Shown: in pieces, positions 58,139 through 62,839 of the stretch
Numbering within the stretch: position 1 is the stretch's first letter
Layout: each line of letters begins with the position of its first letter
Assembly: GCA_010092845.1 (NCBI GenBank)
Contig: JAADYW010000272.1
Coordinates: 1 to 62,839 of the forward strand
Reading direction: 5' to 3'
Source: Chloroflexota bacterium
GTDB taxonomy: Bacteria; Chloroflexota; Anaerolineae; Aggregatilineales; J027
DNA length: 62,839 nt
Position numbers and translations under genes: made by a program
The notes under the pieces: model-generated
Told to the model about the DNA's origin: nothing
Database searches by the model: none
Seen by the model: the letters and a program-made list of their open reading frames with translations, nothing else

Positions 58139-58169
58139 GCCGGCCATCGCGTTTGACAGGATGGCCGGC
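58139..58169. terminator. Hairpin between convergent genes (GCCGGCCATC-N11-GATGGCCGGC)
   Basis: 10-bp perfect inverted repeat with no strong U-tract. Confidence 0.4.
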
Positions 58170-58192
58170 AAGTGGACTTGCGATACTGTGGA

Positions 58193-59824
58193 CTACTTGG
58201 TTAGATCACGCAGCGCCAGATAGGCCGGGCGCGGATTACCGGCTGGGTCCAGCAGGCTCCAGTAGCACCGAAAATCACCCAGGCCGTAGACCTCGCAGGC
58301 GTTCAGGTTCCAGACGAACATTGGGCCAACATAGCCAAGATTGCGCCCGATCTGGAAAGCACGAATGGTATACTGGGCTTGCTCGTCGAGCGTCACGTTT
58401 TCGACAAAGGCAAAGTTCTCATCAACGTCGACCTGGAATCCGTCCGAAGTACCCCAGCCGAATTCAGTAACCCAGATAAATGTGCCTGAGTCATTGTTCT
58501 CCTGCATAATCTCCCAGTAAGCCTGCAAAGTTTCCAGGAAGAAGAAACTGGGGTGATCGTCCCAATTCAGGATATTGGGATTATTCTCGCAACAGGTTGT
58601 ATCTGGTGGATTAGCCCAACCGTAGGGATGCGCGCCAATGGCATCGGAATACTGGGCAACACCAGCAGCATACATTTGCTGGAGATAAAGCCGATCATCT
58701 TCAGCGTTCACCCCGTCGCTCAGGCCAGTGGGGGCCAGGCCAGCGGTAACGACAACCGCTTCAGGATCGGCTGTCTTGATGGCACCTTAGGCAACCCGAA
58801 GCAGTTCAACATATTCGGCGCCGTTGATCGGTTTACCGTTCCAGTTCTGGCGAAGATTCGGCTCGTGCCAGATTTCATAGGCGTCCACGCGACCCTGATA
58901 GCGCTGGGCAAGGCGCCCAACGAAAATCGCATAGTCCTGATAATCGGTAGGCGGGCCGCTTTCTTCACTAGAGGCGCGTGCCCAAGTCGGTGCTGAGGTC
59001 ACAGTCAGCATAATGTTCACACCCGCGCTGTCAAGGTCGTCGATAATCACGTCCAGGTTCTCGAACGTATAGTTACCACGCGACGGCTCATGAAGCGCCC
59101 AATCTACTCGCTGTTTGGCCCAGCTTACCTCCAGCTCCTCAATGCGTTCGACCACTGGTTGGTTTTCCTGGTTCTGAAGCTGCACCACAACCCCGAAATC
59201 GAACGGCACTGATGCGGCCTCATTCTCAGCCTCATCGGGATCCCCAGGCACAAATGGGGTCTCAGTTGGTGTCTCGGTTTCATCGGGTTGATCCTCGTCG
59301 CCGTCACCGGATGGGGTATCCGTCGCCGTTTCGATTTCCTCGGCCGGCACAGGGGACTCCGTAGCATCTGGTGGTGCTTGTGTGCCGGGGATCCGAAGCT
59401 GCTGGCCGACAAAAATCCGGTTAGGATCGGTAATGCCATTCAGGTTCATGATCGCCTGGACAGTGGTTCCATAGCGATTAGCGATACGGAAGAGGTTCTC
59501 GCCAGCCTGGACAACATGAATGGTTTCGCCCGGTGCCGGTGTCATTGTCGGATCCTGTTCCGCTGGCTCGTTCCCGGTACCCGGGATCACAAGCACCTGG
59601 CCGGCAAACAGGGTACTATCGACCGTCAGGCCATTTGCTGCAGCCAGCGCATCGACAGTGACGCTGTATTGTTGTGCAATGCTGAACAGAGACTCCCCTG
59701 GCTGCACAGTATGCTGCATTGGGTCCGTTCCATCTTGCGCCGTGACAGACGGTGGCACCAGTGCAATCCCGCTGACTACCAGCGCCAATAAGAGCAGGAC
59801 AATAAAGACGCGTCGCATTAGCAT
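58193..59824 (-). pseudogene. Secreted 2xLysM + clan GH-A glycoside hydrolase interrupted by an in-frame TAA (58787-58789)
   Basis: ORFs 58787-59824 and 58193-58711 share one frame. Read-through gives ...AEYVELLRVA*GAIKTADPEAVVVTAGLAPTG..., where homologs typically have Tyr. The acid/base-type YEIWHEPN is upstream and the nucleophile-type WVTEFGW is downstream of the stop. Confidence 0.8.
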
Positions 59825-60004
59825 GGCCTCCTAATCAAGGAAGATTAAGTTCATTTTTCACTATGCAAATGATAGACCAGATTTGTAAGATACGCCATTG
59901 CCCGCCCGGATGGGATGCGCAGCAAAGGAATAGATGACACCGAGGTGGCAAGTGGTGTACAATATCCGACCGACCGTATACCCAGCGAGACTAGGAGCAT
60001 CGCC

Positions 60005-60874
60005 ATGTCCTCCTACACGAAGGAAGCAACCTTTGAGGTACCTCCTCCTGAGTTACGCATTCTACCTGTGAAGAGTCTGTTACCACATGAAGAATTTGAT
60101 GTGCAACGTGTTGAACCCTTAATGCACCGCATTGAGGACGCAGGAATCTGGCTGCACCCGCCGATTGTAACCCCCCTCCCCGACAGTGAGCATGAGTATG
60201 TGGTGCTGGATGGCGCCAATCGTTGTCATGCGATGTCACAGCTTGATTATCCGCATATTCTTGTTCAAGTTGTAGACTACAACTCAGCGCAGGTGGAGCT
60301 CGACACTTGGAATCACGTCATAGCAAATCTGGAGACAAGCACAATCGTCAGCAGCATTCAAGAACTCGCGGGGGTAGACATCCAATCTTCGGACAGGTTA
60401 TCCGCGCAAGCTGCAGTAGCGCAGCGTATCGCGCTGGCATTCTTGATCGACTTGCAAACCCAAGACACGTATGTTATGCGCGCGCAAGCTGACGCTGGCC
60501 AGAATGCGACGGCCATGCTCCGCCAGATTGTTAACCAGTACAAAGATCGCTGTATGTTGGAACGCATCAACACCGACGACGTTGAACATGTCCTCCAGAT
60601 GTTCCAGGAGGCAACAACTCTAGTTGTTTTCCCCCACTACGAGCCATCAGAGGTTCTGTACGCCGCCCGAGAACGGAATCTTCTGCCCCCTGGGATTTCG
60701 CGACACATTATTCATGGGCGGGCCATGCGGCTCATCTATCCTTTGCAGGCTCTACGAGATTCGAAGACCTCCCTGGAACGTAAAAATGCCGACCTCCAGG
60801 AGTGGGTCAACCGGCGGATTCAGCAGCATGCAGTACGCTACTATGCAGAATCAATCTACACGTTTGATGACTGA
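60005..60874 (+). CDS. ParB/Srx-fold protein, SbnI/SerK-like (putative small-molecule kinase or regulator)
   Basis: LRILPVKSLLPHEEFDVQRVEPLMHRIEDAGIWLHPPIVT...YVVLDGANRCHAMSQL shows the ParB N-terminal-like HE...DGxxR pattern. No HTH is evident. Confidence 0.5.
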   Translation: MSSYTKEATFEVPPPELRILPVKSLLPHEEFDVQRVEPLMHRIEDAGIWLHPPIVTPLPDSEHEYVVLDGANRCHAMSQLDYPHILVQVVDYNSAQVELDTWNHVIANLETSTIVSSIQELAGVDIQSSDRLSAQAAVAQRIALAFLIDLQTQDTYVMRAQADAGQNATAMLRQIVNQYKDRCMLERINTDDVEHVLQMFQEATTLVVFPHYEPSEVLYAARERNLLPPGISRHIIHGRAMRLIYPLQALRDSKTSLERKNADLQEWVNRRIQQHAVRYYAESIYTFDD

Positions 60875-60891
60875 AGATCAGCGAGGACCAG

Positions 60892-61323
60892 ATGGCCAAG
60901 ACCCCCCAACAAGCGCTTGCTGATTGCCAGCTCTACACCGACGAGATCGCCTATATCTTCATCAAGCTGCCGCCCAGCGCAATCTGGGCTGGGGCCGGTG
61001 TTCTGGCCGAGATTGGAGAAGCTTTTTGTGCGCTGATCGCCGACAAAGATGAACTGACTCTTGTCATGCCTGAAGATGCGTGGGAGGAATTTCAGCCACG
61101 TCTGCCAGGTGCCGAGCGGTCGGCTACCTATCACCTGATTACCTTCGATATCGAATTAGAGCATGAGATGGTTGGCTTTCTGGCGGCAATTGCCCAGCAC
61201 CTGGCGGCCAGCAAGATCCCGGTTATGGCCCTCAGCGCTTTCTCCCGGGATCACCTCCTGGTTCCAGAACAGCACTTTGACCAGGCCTGGGAATCACTGG
61301 TTAGTCTCAGACAGCAGACCTAA
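60892..61323 (+). CDS. ACT-domain-like small protein
   Basis: 143 aa. YHLITFDIELEHEMVGFLAAIAQHLAASKIPVMALSAFSRDHLLVPE resembles an ACT beta-alpha-beta-beta-alpha-beta unit. Confidence 0.5.
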   Translation: MAKTPQQALADCQLYTDEIAYIFIKLPPSAIWAGAGVLAEIGEAFCALIADKDELTLVMPEDAWEEFQPRLPGAERSATYHLITFDIELEHEMVGFLAAIAQHLAASKIPVMALSAFSRDHLLVPEQHFDQAWESLVSLRQQT

Positions 61324-61333
61324 CGGAGACAAT

Positions 61334-61759
61334 ATGACGATTAGCTTTTTCGAGCCTGGCGACGTTCCCCAGCCACCGGACAATGTCAAGATCGAGCGAC
61401 TGGACGCACTCCCGCATCCTGACGGGTGGCGTGTGAAAATCGAACTCCATGTCACCCCATTTCAGCAACGCCCCAATTTCGAGGTAATCCTCCTGCGGCG
61501 CGACGAGGATGGCACAGACAGCCAAATCGCAAATCTCAGTATCGTTGAGACCATGCACCCTAAAATGGAGTTCACCATGCATATCCGCGGCGTCGACGAT
61601 CCCAACGGTGACTATTTGCTACGAGCGATACTCTACTATCGTGAGCACGCTGAAGAGGGTGCCGAGGAACCACCCCCTGTGGAGATAAAGGATCAGCGTG
61701 AGATCATGTTCTCAATACCTCACCAGGTCGAAGAAACTGAGGAGTCCAAGGATGCTTGA
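61334..61759 (+). CDS. Hypothetical protein with acidic C-terminus
   Basis: 141 aa. ATG 61334 lies 10 nt after the upstream stop. No motif recognised. Confidence 0.5.
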   Translation: MTISFFEPGDVPQPPDNVKIERLDALPHPDGWRVKIELHVTPFQQRPNFEVILLRRDEDGTDSQIANLSIVETMHPKMEFTMHIRGVDDPNGDYLLRAILYYREHAEEGAEEPPPVEIKDQREIMFSIPHQVEETEESKDA

Positions 61760-62156
61760 CGATCAGGCAAAGCGCGAGATTCTCAGCAACGCCAAGACCA
61801 TTGCCGTGGTTGGTCATTCCGACAAACCAGCGCGGACGAGCTATCAGATCGCCCAATACTTGAGAAGGGCTGGGTATACGGTGTATGCTGTCAATCCGTC
61901 TGTCGAGGAAATAGACGGAGAGCGGAGCTATGCCAGCCTCAAAGATATTCCCCACCACATCGACATCGTCGATGTGTTCCGCCGGGCCGAGCATCTACCA
62001 GGCATTGTCGAGCAAGCCATAGAAGTCGAAGCAGGTGTCGTATGGGCACAGCTTGGCGTGGCAAATCAAGAGGCGGCGAAACGCGCTCATGAAGCTGGAA
62101 TGCCGATCATACAGGATACCTGCATCAAAGTTGAGCACGCCCGCCTGCTTGGCTAG
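61752..62156 (+). CDS. CoA-binding domain protein (YccU/YneT-like)
   Basis: TIAVVGHSDKPARTSYQIAQYLRRAGYTVYAVNP...DIVDVFR is the typical CoA_binding_2 signature. The start overlaps the upstream stop (ATGCTTGA). Confidence 0.85.
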   Translation: MLDDQAKREILSNAKTIAVVGHSDKPARTSYQIAQYLRRAGYTVYAVNPSVEEIDGERSYASLKDIPHHIDIVDVFRRAEHLPGIVEQAIEVEAGVVWAQLGVANQEAAKRAHEAGMPIIQDTCIKVEHARLLG

Positions 62157-62839
62157 AAGTCGCGGGCAATGACATAGTCAGCCAGCTCGATGAGTTCGTC
62201 AACTGCCGGGGACCATTTAACGTCCGAAAGTACGGCTTTCGCATTCTCAATATGTTCGTGGGCCACCTGGAGTGCGCGCTGAGGGGCTTTTTCTTCACGA
62301 ATCACCCTGATAAGCTCGCCGACCTTTGCTTTGTCGCGCGCTTCGGCCACAAAATCATCCGCCGCAATGTCGTTATCTGCAATATACAGCATAGCAGGTA
62401 GCGTAATATGCCCTTCGCGAAGATCGTGGCCGGCTGGCTTGCCGAGAGTCTCGGTAGTAGCCATGAAGTCTAGCGCATCATCAACGATCTGATAGGCCAT
62501 GCCAACCTCGCGCCCAAACGACTTGAAGGCCTCCACGGATGTATCGTCGTCAGGGCTGAGCAACGCCGGCGAGAGCGCCGCGGCCTCAAATAACGCCGCC
62601 GTCTTGCCATAAATCCGCTGCTGGTATAGCGCCAGATCTGGCACCTTCCAACGTGTCTGGGCTTGTAGGATCTCACCACGGCAGATGTTGACCAGAGCGT
62701 CAGAAAAAACCTGTACCACGGGAACGCTCTCGGCCTCAGCAGCCAGCGCTGCCGACTGCGCAAATAGAAAGTCTCCGGTGAGAACGGTTACGCCGAGGGG
62801 CAGTTTGGTATGCATCGTAGGGGTGCCACGTCGTTCATC
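62153..62839 (-). CDS. Long-chain trans-polyprenyl diphosphate synthase, 5'-truncated by the window edge
   Basis: RRGTPT...VLTGDFLFAQ and second Asp-rich motif YQIVDDALDF. The reading frame is open to position 62839. Confidence 0.85.
   Translation of the reverse strand, partial: DERRGTPTMHTKLPLGVTVLTGDFLFAQSAALAAEAESVPVVQVFSDALVNICRGEILQAQTRWKVPDLALYQQRIYGKTAALFEAAALSPALLSPDDDTSVEAFKSFGREVGMAYQIVDDALDFMATTETLGKPAGHDLREGHITLPAMLYIADNDIAADDFVAEARDKAKVGELIRVIREEKAPQRALQVAHEHIENAKAVLSDVKWSPAVDELIELADYVIARDF

Noticed and set aside
1-62839. CRISPR arrays, rRNA genes, IS elements/transposases, integrases or prophage genes
   Set aside because: I found no regularly spaced direct repeats, no rRNA-like sequence, and no transposase, integrase or recombinase motifs in any ORF. 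The TIR loci therefore lack obvious mobile-element borders within this window.

Overview
This 62.8 kb window is gene-dense, moderately high in GC, and looks chromosomal. I saw no rRNA, CRISPR array or recognisable IS/transposase. The gene content suggests a Chloroflexota-like filamentous bacterium, but that is an inference, not a search result. The supporting traits are many LysM/Pro-Thr-linker exoproteins, a T-box leader, a Hox hydrogenase, a zinc-less TopA C-terminus with GRYGPYV repeats, and TIR/STAND proteins.

Housekeeping and metabolic content, in order:
- pepF
- a 3-methylcrotonyl-CoA carboxylase cluster plus a convergent MaoC hydratase and CitE-like lyase (leucine/itaconate-type catabolism)
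- topA
- a T-box(Val)-controlled methyltransferase-valS operon next to tRNA-Thr(CGU)
- yajC-secD-secF
- mutL
- a complete hoxEFUYHW bidirectional [NiFe]-hydrogenase operon
- two orphan sensor kinases
- glycoside hydrolases
- a truncated polyprenyl synthase at the 3' edge

Most interesting region (13.9-22.7 kb): three TIR domains lie within about 7 kb. One gene encodes a stand-alone tandem-TIR protein just downstream of topA. The other is an 890-aa TIR / P-loop STAND / HEAT-repeat (NLR-like) protein. It sits at the end of a co-directional three-gene module whose first two genes encode paralogous polytopic membrane proteins of unknown function. One of those paralogs appears frameshifted.

Other observations:
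- in-frame TAA codons interrupt otherwise intact yajC and a LysM-glycoside hydrolase gene
- a repeated near-palindromic operator candidate sits just downstream of both divergent promoters between pepF and a degenerate receiver-domain gene
- a ParB/Srx-fold + ACT + unknown + CoA-binding gene string

All calls come from reading the sequence and ORF translations by eye. No database searches were run.
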